Source of the DNA: the human T2T-CHM13v2.0 reference genome, Homo sapiens
Strand: one strand, 5' to 3'
DNA length: 64,000 bases
Assembly: GCF_009914755.1 (NCBI RefSeq)
Contig: NC_060931.1
This document shows positions 1 through 12,014 of the stretch, one piece after another; the stretch's first letter is position 1, and each line of letters begins with the position of its first letter. The position numbers and the translations under genes were made by a program. The notes under the pieces are model-generated. The model was not told the origin of the DNA. It saw only the letters and a list, made by a program, of their open reading frames with translations, and ran no database searches.

Positions 1-2004
1 TTGATGAGGGAGTAGGGAAAAGGACTTTAGTTATAACTTTGAACAACATTTTGAACATATTTATAAATTACTTGTATAATTTCAGTTAATTTTAAAATGG
101 GCCATAAAAATACGTTTGTAATTTTTTGGGGGGATAGGAGCAGCATTTTCATCTTATGCTAAAGGATATGAATCCCTTATGTTAAGTACTTGATGTGGGA
201 GAAAAAATGATGTATTACCTGGTTAGAGACACACTAGTTTCAAATTGTGTACATTTGCAGTAACTGAGAGGTTTCTTTCACTTTATTTTATTTCTTTTTT
301 ATTAAATATATTTTAAAAGCTTAAATATTAAAAATAATACTTTGGAGCAGCTATGATTTATATACAGCATCTCATTTGGATTGCTATAATATAGATCAGA
401 ATGCACAGAGGTGAATTTCAACAAAATCCTACAATTGGCTGAGTTGTTGCCATGGTAAACCAACAGTCTACATAAAAGGTATGTGTGTTGGCTATGCTGT
501 AAATTTCGCTGAAGCAAAACATCAGATTTATTAAGCAGATAAAGATATAATTTGTAGATCAAATATGCTCCAGAAAAATAAGCAATAAAACCTGTAAACA
601 TTAAATGATTTAGATAAGAAAACTTTTAAATATTTAAAAATACTACCTCGTGGTTTACATGTGGGAGAACTAGGCTTAGAAAAGTTTGTTTAATAAATTA
701 AGTTTTACAGGATATTATCAGATATGTTAATAGATGGATGGAATTTTAGCATAATATATATAAAATACAACTTAGCATCATATTTTGTTCTGGATACCAT
801 CATTTGAATCTTTAGATTTCCAAATCTCAACCTACAGCAATAAAATTCTCAGGGATTTATAAATCTGTGTGCTACTAAACCTAGTCCATTCCCATTATAG
901 ATGATGCACTGGAGGCTGAGAAGAGTGACTTTCACACAGCAACTTGGAAACAGAGCTCTGTCCATTTTACTTCCTGTCTATAAATCTGATACATCAGTTA
1001 TAATTCACATGACTATATCTTTTCCAAGGCATTTTACTCAATAGTTTATTAATTGTTATCTAACAGTTATGCCTCTGATTTTGTGCTTTCATTGTAGATG
1101 ACCATATCAGCTATAACAAAGAATCAAGAAGAAACAAAAATGCTATAATGACACCTATAGCTTTCTTTCTCTATGAAATTATAGTTAACTGATTTTTCCT
1201 TCTAATTGCCCATATTTAAAAATTTATCACAGGAAGCATCCCTGCCTGATTAATCAGATGAAATAGTGCCTGGAAATAATCTGTGTAAGCATCCTTCTCA
1301 TACATTTTAAGCCCTTATCTTTATTTTTAAGCCATCTTTCAGGTTTTTGTATTTCCATATTCGGGGCCAAAAAATCAAAATGCAGCAGTTGCTTAAAACC
1401 TTAATGCACTTGTCCTAGATAAAAAGCTTATGATTTTAGGGTCTCTCTATATAAAAATAATCCTTTTATAGTGCAGCTTTTACTTCCACTGACTTTTAAA
1501 TTTAATTCAGCAATCTTATAGTAATGATATTAATGTGTTGAAAGGAGTTTTACAGCACTAATCAAAATATAGTTTGATTGTAGACTACATGTATTGTGAC
1601 AGGTTAATTATTGTAAAATCTTATTTGGCATTTATAAATAATCCAGATTTTTAATTCATAATTTAGCAAAGAGATGAATAATTTTCTATCTAGCTTTCTT
1701 CTGCATTTCCTTAGTATCACTTTGGGAAGGGGAAGTAAGAATGGGTATTATTATTATTATTATTCAAAATATGAGAAAGTAATTCTGTCACCTCAAACTG
1801 GCACACAGTCTCCTATGGTCTGGCCCCAATCATTTTTTCTATCCTTATCTTCCTCTTACACACCTAAGCCCCAGAAAAATGGAAGAGCCTACTCTTCCTG
1901 GGCCACAACCCAACCTGTCCCAGTTTTTTGCCTTCATCTATGCTGACTGAAAGACTCTCTCTTCTCATGCCCTCCACTGCCAGTCTGTGCACTCAGTATT
2001 AGCT

Positions 2005-2485
2005 GCTCATATTTACTCAGTGCTTACTACAGTCCATTCAATTTACTAAGAACATTACAATCAGCCCTTTATATTCCCAAGTCCTGCATCCATGAATACA
2101 AACCAACCTCTGATTGAAAATATTTGGGAAAAAAAACAATACAACAACAATAATAATACAAAGGAAATACAGTATAACAACTATTTACATAGCATTTACA
2201 TGTTTTAGGTATTATAAGTAATCTAGAGATGATGTAAGGTATATTGGAAGATGTGCCTAGGTTATTGCAAATACTGCACTATTTTACATAAGGGACATCA
2301 GCATCCTCAGATTTTGGTAACCAGGAGTGCCCTGGAACCAATCCCCTATGAATAGGGAGGGCCAACTGTATTTAATTTGTTCCTTTTAATGACCCCATTT
2401 TATAGATAAGGAAACTTGGGCTAGTCACCCAGCTAAGTAAGTGGTAGATCTGGGATTTGCAACCAGGTAGTATGGCTTCAGATCT
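2005..2485 (-). mobile_element. MIR SINE split by MER2
   Basis: MIR core motifs CCCATTTTATAGATAAGGAAAC and GGGATTTGCAACCAGG after the MER2, and MIR-like ATTTACTCAGTGCTTACTA before it. Confidence 0.6.
2058..2368 (-). mobile_element. MER2 (TcMar-Tigger) DNA transposon inserted in a MIR
   Basis: Degenerate terminal inverted repeats (CAATCAGCCCT...AGGGCCAACTG), TA duplications at 2056-57 and 2369-70, and a MER2-like body (CTATTTACATAGCATTTAC, AAGTAATCTAGAGATGAT). Confidence 0.8.
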
Positions 2486-4765
2486 TACACTGTGAAGCAT
2501 TAGTTAACACTGCAGTACATTGATTCTAAGTCCTGATAAACTTCCAAGATCAAGAATAAAATAATACTTCTTTCATGGATATTTCATTGACCATCCCAAT
2601 CTTTCTCCCCCTTTTTTGCCTCCGTATCTCTCTGAAGTCACATTCTAATTTCTCATTGCTGGCAAAGTTAGTAATGTACCATTTTGTTTCCTCCACTATG
2701 GAGTAGTTTTTTTAAGACAGTGCTCTGACTCATCTTTATAGTATTGGTAGTAAATGGTAAAATGCCTTTCACATGCTAAGCCCTCCACAAATATTGGCTA
2801 CATAAATTCATCATTGAAGAAAGTGAGGTAGTTGAGACTGTACCATAAATGATTTCCCCAAAATAATTTAGAAACTACTTAGCCAGTCTGTCACCCAATA
2901 AACACAATGATCCCAACTGGGTATTTGTTTCTTCACAAATTTCACTTTTTAAATGGGTTTATAAAAGTGAGCAACTGTTTGGTCATTCTGGTGTCAAACC
3001 CATTCATTCAGTCAGATGTATTGTTTGATTTTATTGAATCAGACAATAGAATTCAAAACTATTGTTCTGGAAACCCAAATGAATTTTGCTCACTCTAAAC
3101 AACCAGTTAAAAAAGGAAATAATTCTTTCTTATAGTGACTATGTAGATATGTCTGACTTATTTGCTTTTCCATGAGGTGATTCAAAATTTTCATTTTCTG
3201 TACATACACATCTAGATAATAGTAAATAGTCTGAGAAAAAGAAAAAATATTTAATCATTTTTTTCTTACATGATACTAAGCTAACATAACCATTTTTTAA
3301 TTCTCAAAGATAAGCTGGATACTTTGATATTATCTAGGGAAAACCTAACTTAATTGACTCAACTTGTTGAATTTCGTTGGGGGGGGGGATTGAGCTGTAG
3401 AGTATTTAAGGCTTCTCCCCATTAAGATATCATAAGATCACCTTTTCTCCCTCTTTCCCTAAATGTTGACATTACACTTCATTTTGACAGTTGTTCAATG
3501 AAGTTTTAAAGCGTTATTTCTGTTTATATGATAACAACAAAAACAAGAACAATAACTACAACTCTCCAAATAATTACTGCCACATATAAAATGAACAATT
3601 ATCAGATTTAAGATATCTTTATCCTTTCAAACTCAAATTTAATATATACATTGACAAAAATTACATGACAAAGAACAAGATAATTATTTGGAGGCTGATA
3701 GTAACTTATTATTGAATTCAAAGTAAGGATTCTTGGATGAATTCAATGTTAGGATTGAACACTATTTTTCTTTTTTGTAGTTCTGCAATTTAAAAACATT
3801 TATCTCACCTGAAAAAATATATAAATCTAATTATCCAAAGCAAAATTTTGCCAGTTTCAAAAAAAAGTTACAGCATCTTTCAAAAATGAATTACTTTTGA
3901 ATAATTTTTCTTGAACTCCGTAATAATCATTTTCTTTTAGTGACTTAAAGCTCAAGTGATTAAGCCATGATGGTTAAACATGCTACAGATTATCAGTGAC
4001 AGAATACTTTCTATTGAATTATCTTGAAAAGTAGGATCAAGCTAGGCATCCAGAAGTATATGACACATATATAGCTTGAAGGAAAAAACTGGTTTTCACA
4101 ATTAGATTCACATTAGGAATGGTGCTGAGTTATTTTATTGAATCTTGGTGGAAGAAATGGGTCTCTAAGGCTTTCTTGGAGATTCATCCTAGTAAAAAAG
4201 AAGCTTGTTGAGTCTGACATCTGACCTAGAGATAACTATGACAGTTTCTCTGAGCAGTTAGGTACTCTGTAAGCAGAATTATTCTCCATTTAGAATGTTA
4301 TTACACGTCTTACCATCTGATGTTTTTCTAACTTACTGTCTAGAACTTACAAAAGCGTTTTCAGAGGTGAAATATCAGAAATGTAGCAAAGGAAAATTAA
4401 CAGCAATGTTTTCTGGAATGAAATGCACCCACAAACTTCCTTTCACACTCACACCACGTTTCTGTTTTTGTTATTGGTGTTGCCTCTGGTGTACCTTGGG
4501 CATTATTGCCCAGGGATAAATGCATAACTATCCCTGCTTGTTCCCTGATACAAAAAAATGATGGAATACTCTTATTTTGATTTTCCTTGTAGAAGGAACA
4601 AAAGATTAAGTGAGCCTGCCCTTGACAGGTGTGACACCCCCCTCCCCCCGCCTCCCAAACAGCACCACTGGGCAAAGCAGCCTTTTGTAGAATCAGCCAG
4701 TGGAAACTAACCCCCCACCCCCACCTTTAAACAAAGCCATTTAATTTGGTCTTAAGCCCAAGTAA

Positions 4766-4807
4766 GAAACAAAACAAAACAAAACAAAACAAAACAAAAC
4801 AGAAAAC
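4766..4807. repeat. (AAAAC)n microsatellite in intron 1
   Basis: About 7 copies of AAAAC. Confidence 0.9.
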
Positions 4808-4981
4808 GAATAAAGGACAATATAAAGAAGCATAGCTTGTCAGCATGAACCTACATGCAAGCCAGAGATCTATGATTTTGTTTCCCAGGGAGGGAGTGAC
4901 TAATGCGCGCACCCTGACCATCACCGTAAAGAGGTAAAGAGAGAGTGAAATGGCTCAACGTACACACACCCCGCTCCATAC

Positions 4982-5128
4982 CGGGGACGAGTCTCCGAGC
5001 TGCGGCTTGTGCTCTCGGAGGGCCAGGCTGAAGCTGACCGCCCCCACGGCCACGCTGGACACCCCCAGCCCTATCTCCAGCACGGAGAGCACCAAGAGGC
5101 TCCCAATAATCTGACCGCTGGTGCACAT
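4982..5128 (-). CDS. TMEM196: TMEM196 coding exon 1 (49 codons to donor CCG|GTATGG; an alternative donor TGT|GTACGT extends it to 4964, 55 codons)
   Basis: Minus strand from ATG at 5128 translates [49 protein letters not shown](VWSGVC), which I recognise as the TMEM196 N-terminus. It has a hydrophobic TM segment, lies in a CpG island and ends at phase-0 GT donors. Read-through stops at GTA CGT TGA (57 aa), which is shorter than any ORF in the track. Confidence 0.95.
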
Positions 5129-5142
5129 CCTTCCTCGGTCAT
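5071..5142 (-). other. Out-of-frame uORF overlapping the TMEM196 start ([23 protein letters not shown])
   Basis: ATG at 5142, 14 nt upstream of the main ATG, with A at -3. TAG at 5073-5071, inside the main CDS. Confidence 0.6.
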
Positions 5143-6050
5143 CTTCCTTCCAGATCAGAGAGGGAAATCAACCATCTACCTTTTTTTCTTCCACTATCCT
5201 CCTTACCCCTTCCACCCCCTACCAGATCCCAAAACTTTTCTTTCTTCAAGAGCGAGGCATTATCCACAAGGGCTGGATTTCCAGAAACGAAGACCTTCCC
5301 TGGCTGGGCCAGAGGCAAAGGAGCTGCTCCACCCCCTGGCACGTTCAGATAGGGATCGTAGAAGGATCTTCCTGGGTTCGGTGGTGCGAAGATTGCACAC
5401 CGGTACCGGGGCTTTTAAGCAGCGGAAAACCTGGAGGAGCCCAGGGAGCTCCGAGCCTTGCTCCCCAGGCGCTGTCCAGAGTTCTGCCGCGTCCCAAATC
5501 TCCGCAGGGAAACCCGCGCCCTCCTCAGCCTACTAGACCCTTTCACAGGGTCCCTTCTGTTTTATTGCCGAGGAGAGGAGCTTTGCTTCCCGGAGATCCA
5601 AAGGGAACCGCTCCGAGTTTCTCTCTCCCTCTCCCGTTCGTCACCTCTCCTTTGTTTTCGTGGCAATGCGAAGTGCTTCTGCAAGTCTCTGGGTCCCCAG
5701 GCAGAGCGGGCGGATGATATTCAGCACCACGCTCCTTGCAGTTGCTTTGTCGCCAGAAAAAGCGACCTTGTCTGATGGCCTCTTTCCGTCTGGGTTTCTT
5801 CTCCCTCGTCGTCGTCCTCTTCCTCCCCCTTTCTCTCGAGCTGATTCTCTTTCATTGCTATGACCTCATTGGGGTTTAGGAGGTTGACGGAGGAGGAAAA
5901 AGCCTAATGTATTTGTAGATCCAGGACCAGTACTCTTGGCTGGCCTTTGATCCGCCCCGCCCCCGGACCGCAGCAACAGAAATCCAGGCGACCCCTACCT
6001 CCGCTTCTCCCCGTGGCTCCTTTCTGGGCTTCTATCCAGCGGAGAGGGGA
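5129..6050 (-). other. TMEM196: TMEM196 5' UTR / first-exon leader (TSS not determinable from sequence)
   Basis: CpG-rich sequence directly upstream of the ATG. The 5' boundary is a guess. Confidence 0.5.
5468..5488 (-). promoter_or_regulatory. Candidate RE1/NRSE (REST) site
   Basis: Minus strand GGCAGAACTCTGGACAGCGCC vs consensus TTCAGCACCACGGACAGCGCC: perfect 10-nt right half, canonical spacing, 15/21 identity. Confidence 0.5.
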
Positions 6051-9000
6051 GGCGATGCCTACGTCAACGCGGGCTCATTCTGAGAAAAACTTTCTTTAGC
6101 TTGTACGCGGGGTAGGGGGAGCAGTGAGCAAAGAAAGACGGAAACCCCAGGGGGGTGGAAAAAGCCAGACTCCTAATGTCACTAGGACTCTCAAGGCCCC
6201 TCACCAAGGAACTCCCCTGTCTAGGAGAGCTAGATTCAAGCCTGCTTACAAGGAATGTCCACTCCCGGCCATCATAGCCTGTCACCTTCCGTGTCGTAGG
6301 GCGAAGAAGCAGTTGATGGGGGCCACACCTCCACGGTGATTTTGTTCCTCTCCAGCCACAGACCCTTGCTTTCCCCTAGGAGCGTGACCACACGTTCTGG
6401 GATGCATAGCTAGACCCAACTGAGCTGGGATTATATATTCTCAACCAAATTCAAGAGATGTGTATGCATTAGAACAGGCATTATTTAAAAAAAAACACGT
6501 CTGGCTTAATGCACAATTATTTTTGACAGTCTACTTTCATCAGAATCTTTAGGGCAGGGGCCAGTCCAGCTTGGCCTGGGATATTTTTGCATTGTCTTTT
6601 GATGCCTATGAGACTCTAGATGTCTAGGGATCGCTGTGTTTAGACCCCATTTTCATTACTCTAGTTTTATGAAAAATCTCAAGGTATTCTATCAAGGAGA
6701 TCTAGGAAGTGGGATAAAGACAGGGTTTTGGGTGTGGGTCATCTTTCTCAAAAACTGGGTTCTCCAGTTCGACATGGACTGAAGGAAAATAGAACAAAGG
6801 AAGATGAGGTTAGGGTACAATAACACAAGACTAGGGCATGTTGACTTCTATACACATGCAGATCAGTGCAGTGCAGGCGCCTCTATTAGAGGCTTCTTAA
6901 AGCTCCCATGATGAGAACATAAAAGCTCGGTGACCTATAGCATAAGTTCTGTAACATAAATGCCAGTTTCAGTTTTCTTAAATTTGATTAAGGGCTTCTT
7001 TTAGAGTTTAAACTCAATTCTACACTATAATTTTTTTCATATGTTTATATTCTAGAATTTAAAAATTTGAGTCCTTTTCTCTTAAAAATAAAACAAATGT
7101 AAGGAAGAAGAGTTACAATTTGTTAGGCCTTAAAGAGCTTCAGTTATTGTGATATTTGGAGTACAAATAAACATTGGTACTGAATGATAATTAGTGGATT
7201 CATTTCTATACTTTCAAATCCTCAAAGACATGCTAAAGTACCTCATTAGTGTATGGCTTTAATGATGTAAAGTTTATTTAATTTAAATAATACAGAAGTC
7301 ATCTAAATGATCCAATTTATATGCATAAATAATACAGCATATATGTTGTTGAAGTTTTGCTTTGTGTTTAGTCACTTCTTTTCTTTAGGAAAAAAATGCT
7401 TCTCTGTTAGGAAGACAACAAGTTGTAATATTAAATGAATTGATTAATGGAGACATATAGGAAGGGAAATAAACTTTTGTAGAGAACACAGGGATGGTAT
7501 TAACAATAGTTGAATTTCACAGAGAAAAAGAAACAAACAAAACATATATTGCGGTTAACATTTTATCTCTGAATGTGATGGCTTGGAATATAAGATTGGT
7601 TATCATATGCCTGATAAAAACCAATCCTGATTGATTCTGGGTCATTGGTTAGAAATCCAAAACTTTTGATTTTGTATATGGAAGAAATTCAACTCATCTT
7701 CACATAAGTAACTAACAATAATTCACAATAAAACAAATATTTTTACAAATAAAAACAATTATTTTCTATAGAGGAAACTGCTGTTTTGAGTTTTAAAACA
7801 TGAGCATCAGTGTTAAAATTTTCAAAAAAAATTACGTTATCTTTATTGGGACACAAAGGATATTTTTTGTGCCTTTTAAATATCATGTAATGATCCTCCT
7901 AAGATAAATCCAAATACACCTAAAATTTCCTCCTAAATACAGAAATCAAGAAAAAAGAGTTCAAACTGACAAATTATTTATGATTCTTATTATAATTATC
8001 CCTCCAAATTATTTGCTAGACAAATAATTATAGGATAAAAACTATAAATCAAGAAAAAATCATATGAAGCACACCACTATCCAAATACCAGTAGCTCCAC
8101 AATTTCTGAATTTGATTTTTCTAACGCTGTAGTACACCAAAAGAGCTATTCATGAGATCCATTGATAGATAATTCAATATTTCCACAACTTTGGCAAGAG
8201 CAATAGCACAAAAAATCTCAAGTTTGCCATCTGCTGGCTTATGCATGATACAAGTGAATGTGAGTAGCCTCAAAATAATTCTTATTAGATGCCTTAATAA
8301 AAGAAAACATCTTTATAGTGGCTAACTTTAAGGACCTAAGCACTTCCAGTAAATATTCAAGAATTCTGAGGTTCTCTCATTCACCCATTTACCCAAATTA
8401 GATTATGGAAATTTTAGTATCTGGATGAAGGAAAATCCAGGAATGGGTAGACAGTACACTAATGTCTCCTGTCTTAATATAATAAAGTAAGTTGACAAAA
8501 TCATCAATGCTGCCACATTAATATAGAGTTATTGAAAAAGCTAAAAATGTGAAATGATTAATTTTAAGATCTGATTTAATGTATCTAAGCTATTATAAGC
8601 AAAATTTATATGGTGGTCGTGGGCACTGGGCTGAATTGCCAATGCAGTACAAAAAATTAGAAAAAGAAAAATCATAAAATTTTTAGTAGTTCAATCATTT
8701 AGCTAGAAGTTCATCTAATATTTAATACTCTTGTCAGTGTAGTTAAAAAATATTGGATCTACCCAGGATTTGATGGAGTAGTTAGTTTTGCTAAAACAGA
8801 AAAATAGCCCACATCTGGAGTTTTTATTTTTTATTTAATGGTCAAGAAACAGAGATAATAAAACCTGAATTTATCTTCCGCCTTTTCTTGGCTTTTAGTA
8901 ATAATGTAGCTCAGAAGTCAGTATCCAATAGTAACTTCAGTGCTTGTGGAAATTAATCAAAGAAAGTGTCATATTGAATACTATATTTTGCACGTTTTCT

Positions 9001-9357
9001 CATTTATGTTCAAAATAGTTTCTGATTATTAATAACCTGTAAGCATGCAAACAAATGGATAGTTTATAGTAAATTCTAATGTTTCATGAAATGTATGGGT
9101 ATTTCCACTCCTGGCCATTATAAAGAAAGGTGGACTGGACTTACTCTCCAACTGCATACAAAATATAATAGTGTTCAGATACTGCACAGCAGGCAGCACA
9201 GAACTGTGATCCTTGGTAAGAGAGTAACAAGGTTTGCTGTGCTTGTTTTCTTACTACAGGCCCTTCATATATAATGATCCAGGAAGAAGGGTGCCAGGCA
9301 GAGAATGGTGGGCTTACAAAATGTCAGAGACAAATGGCAGAGTTCTTGGGGGCTGAG

Positions 9358-9726
9358 TGTTGTGGATTGCATGTTTGTTTCCTCCCCTTCCCCACACTCA
9401 GATGTTGAAACCCTAAACCCCAATGTGATGGTATTAGGAGGTGGGGCCTTTGGGAGGTAATTAGGTTTGATGAGATCATGAGGGTGGAGCTTCCATGACG
9501 GAATTAGTTTTCTTAGAAGAGGAGAAAGAGTTTAGTGTTCACTCTCTACCATGTGACGATACAATGAGAAGACGGCAGACCAGCAAGTGGGCCCTCACCA
9601 GATACCAAATCTGCTGGCACCCTGATCTTGAATTTCTCAGCTTCCAGGACTGTGAAAAGTAGGTTTTTGTTGTTAAGTCATCCAGTCCATGGTATGTTGT
9701 TATAGCAGCTCCAACTGACTAAGACA
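9358..9726 (+). mobile_element. MLT1A-type MaLR solo LTR
   Basis: TG...CA ends; motifs CCCCAATGTGATGGTATTAGGAGGTGGGGCCTTTGGGAGGT and TTATAGCAGC...ACTAAGACA; flanks CTGAG/TTGAG resemble a 5-bp TSD. Confidence 0.8.
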
Positions 9727-9729
9727 TTG

Positions 9730-11955
9730 AGATAGCCAAAATTTTCAGGAAGATGAGGGTATTTCACAGAAAGAGAGACCCATAAATCTTCATAAGGATT
9801 CCTCGAGCCTGTTGCTAAATTCCAAGCCACAGAATTGTAGGGTGCAATTCCACAGGGCTGTATAAAAGTATTTGAAGTGATAATAATGGTCAATTATTTT
9901 CCAAATTTGGTGAAAACTACAAACCCATAGGATACACACAAATTATTTCAGATAGGATAACCTCACCAAAGCATATCACAATTAAAGTGCTGGAAACCAA
10001 TGATAAGGATTAAAACTTAAAAGCAGCCAAAAGAAAAAGGACACATTAGGTAGATAGGAACAAAGGCAACAATTCTAGACTTCTAATCTGAAATTATTCA
10101 AGCCAGAGAACAAGTGAATAACATTTTAAAGTAATGAAATATTTTTTAAAACCAAAGAAACCCAAAAACCTATTAATCTAGAATTATATGCCTAGCAAAA
10201 ATAACTTAAAAATAAAAGGGAAACAGACTTCTTCAGACTAAAAAAAGCTGAGAGAATTTTCTAACGTAAGATATTCACCATAAAAGTTGTTGAAATAGGC
10301 TGGGCGTGGTGCCTCATTCCTATAATCCCAGCACTTTGAGGGGCTGAGGTGAGTGGATCATTTGAGGTCAGGAGTTTGAAACCAGCCTGGCCAACATGGT
10401 GAAACCCCTTCTCTACTAAAAATACAACAATTAGCTGGGCGTATTGGTGGGTGCCTGTAATCCCAGCTACTCTTCAGGCTGAGGCAGGGAGGCGGAGGTT
10501 GCAGTTAGCTGAAATCATGTCACTGTACTCCAGCCTGGGTGACACAGTGAGACACCCTCTAAAAAAAAAAAAAAGGTTGTTAAAATAAATATTTTCAAAC
10601 AATTAAAATATACCAGAAGAAAACTTAGACTTACACAAAAGAATGCTGAATATCATAAAGGTACATATATGGGTAATTGTAAACAATATTTTCAACTTAT
10701 TTATTTAATAAATAATTGGCTGCAAAAAGAGAATATAATAACATATTTTGGAGTTTATAACACATTTATAATTAATTTATGACACCAATAGCACAGTCAA
10801 TAGAAAGAACAAGATAGACGGTTGTAAGGTTCTTATATTATAATATTATTTCAGATTAGTTGTGATAAGTTAAAGATGCAATTATCAGCCCTAAGCTAGA
10901 GCAACTACTAAGCAATGATGATAAAAAGAAACACAGAAAATTAGCTAAAAATGGAGATGAATACTAGACATTACTATATTGATTTAAAGAAGGAACGAAA
11001 AAAAGAACAAAGAATAGTTGAGACAAATAAAAAACAAATATCAAGATGATACGATCAACCCTGACCATATCAATAGTTACAATGAAACAAGTAGTTTTAC
11101 CATTCTAATTAGAAGGCAGTGATAGTAAAGGGGGAGCTATACAAGTAACTCCCCAACTCTGTGGTTTTCAGTCTAGGCCTAGATGCAGGCTGTATAATGG
11201 CAACCAGCCATGGCAGGGCCATGGCATGGAGTCTTTCTGGCTGGGATAACCAGGAAATTGAATCTGGACAACGGTCAATGCCTCTGAGAATAGGGAACAC
11301 TTGTAAAGGAAGAAACCACAGAATAGATCTCCAATCTTTGGTAGACCCCTGCACTGCACATGTATGTAACTGGCTCGAAGACGTAAACTGAGACCAGAAT
11401 TTCTATGTAAGAAACAGAATCTGCAGTTCCAGCGCAACCAAGAAAATTAGTAGCTAAAACAAAATAAATTATGTTTACTAGAGAGAAATGAGAGAATCAA
11501 GAATCTTCACAACTTAACATTTATAATATCCTAGGCATAATAAAACATTGTTCAACGATGAACCAAGAAAACAGACAATATTTTCAAGAGAAAATATTGA
11601 TTCTGACCACAAAATAAACCACATGTTGGAACTAACAAATAAAGATTTTAAGAGAGTAATTGTAACTATCCTTAATGAATTAAAACAGAATATTTTTTCA
11701 ACCAATTAATATTTCAGCAGAGAACTGGGAAATGTTAGCAGGTAATAAAAGCAATAAAAATAGCCAAATGGAGATTCTAGAAGTTAAAAATATGTTTGGA
11801 TATTAAAAAAAAAATCAAAGAACAAAATACACTGGAAGCGTTTCACACTTAAAAGGACATGGCAAAGAAAAAGTAAGTTTAAAAGAAAGAGTAAGTTAAT
11901 CTGAAAATACATCAGTAAAAATTAACAACTGTAATAAACAAGACATTTTAAAAAT
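9730..11955 (+). mobile_element. Old L1M-type fragments (5'UTR/ORF1 region), interrupted by an Alu
   Basis: Degenerate A-rich ORF1-like motifs such as TTTTCCAAATTTGGTGAAAAC, AAAGCAGCCAAAAGAAAAAGG and AAATGGAGATTCTAGAAGTTAAAAAT. Confidence 0.55.
10298..10574 (+). mobile_element. AluS element with a small right-arm deletion
   Basis: GGCTGGGCGTGGT start, A-rich linker, poly(A) tail; TSD AAAAGTTGTTGAAATA / AAAGGTTGTTAAAATA. Confidence 0.92.
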
Positions 11956-12014
11956 GAATAGAGTTGGGGCATTACTTGTATAGCTCCCCCCTTTACTATC
12001 ACTGCCTTCTAATT
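11107..12014. repeat. 54/55-bp inverted repeat pair (arms 11107-11160 and 11960-12014)
   Basis: The arms are reverse complements with 2 substitutions and one 1-nt indel. Confidence 0.92.

Larger units (their letters stand above)
1..4963 (-). other. TMEM196: TMEM196 intron 1 (5' part; exon 2 lies beyond the window start)
   Basis: Downstream of the exon 1 donors on the minus strand. I did not see sequence encoding the expected next peptide (FLLCGICGILCAKKKSG) in 1-4963. Confidence 0.85.
4900..6340. promoter_or_regulatory. CpG island / TMEM196 promoter, with tandem GC boxes at 5952-5964
   Basis: Sharp rise in GC and CpG density against an AT-rich background. CCGCCCCGCCCCC (Sp/KLF-type) at 5952-5964. 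Confidence 0.85.

Noticed and set aside
4851-5126. 91-aa minus-strand ORF from the track
   Set aside because: It is an alternative frame of TMEM196 exon 1 with a GTG start; the real frame starts at ATG 5128.
5009-5863. Long plus-strand ORFs in the CpG island (175, 198, 105 and 67 aa)
   Set aside because: They overlap in different frames, lie antisense to TMEM196 exon 1, show no recognisable domain, and are expected from stop-codon scarcity in GC-rich DNA.
11107-12014. Inverted repeats as termini of a new DNA transposon
   Set aside because: There is no TSD or recognisable terminal motif and the interior is L1-like; kept only as a rearrangement scar.
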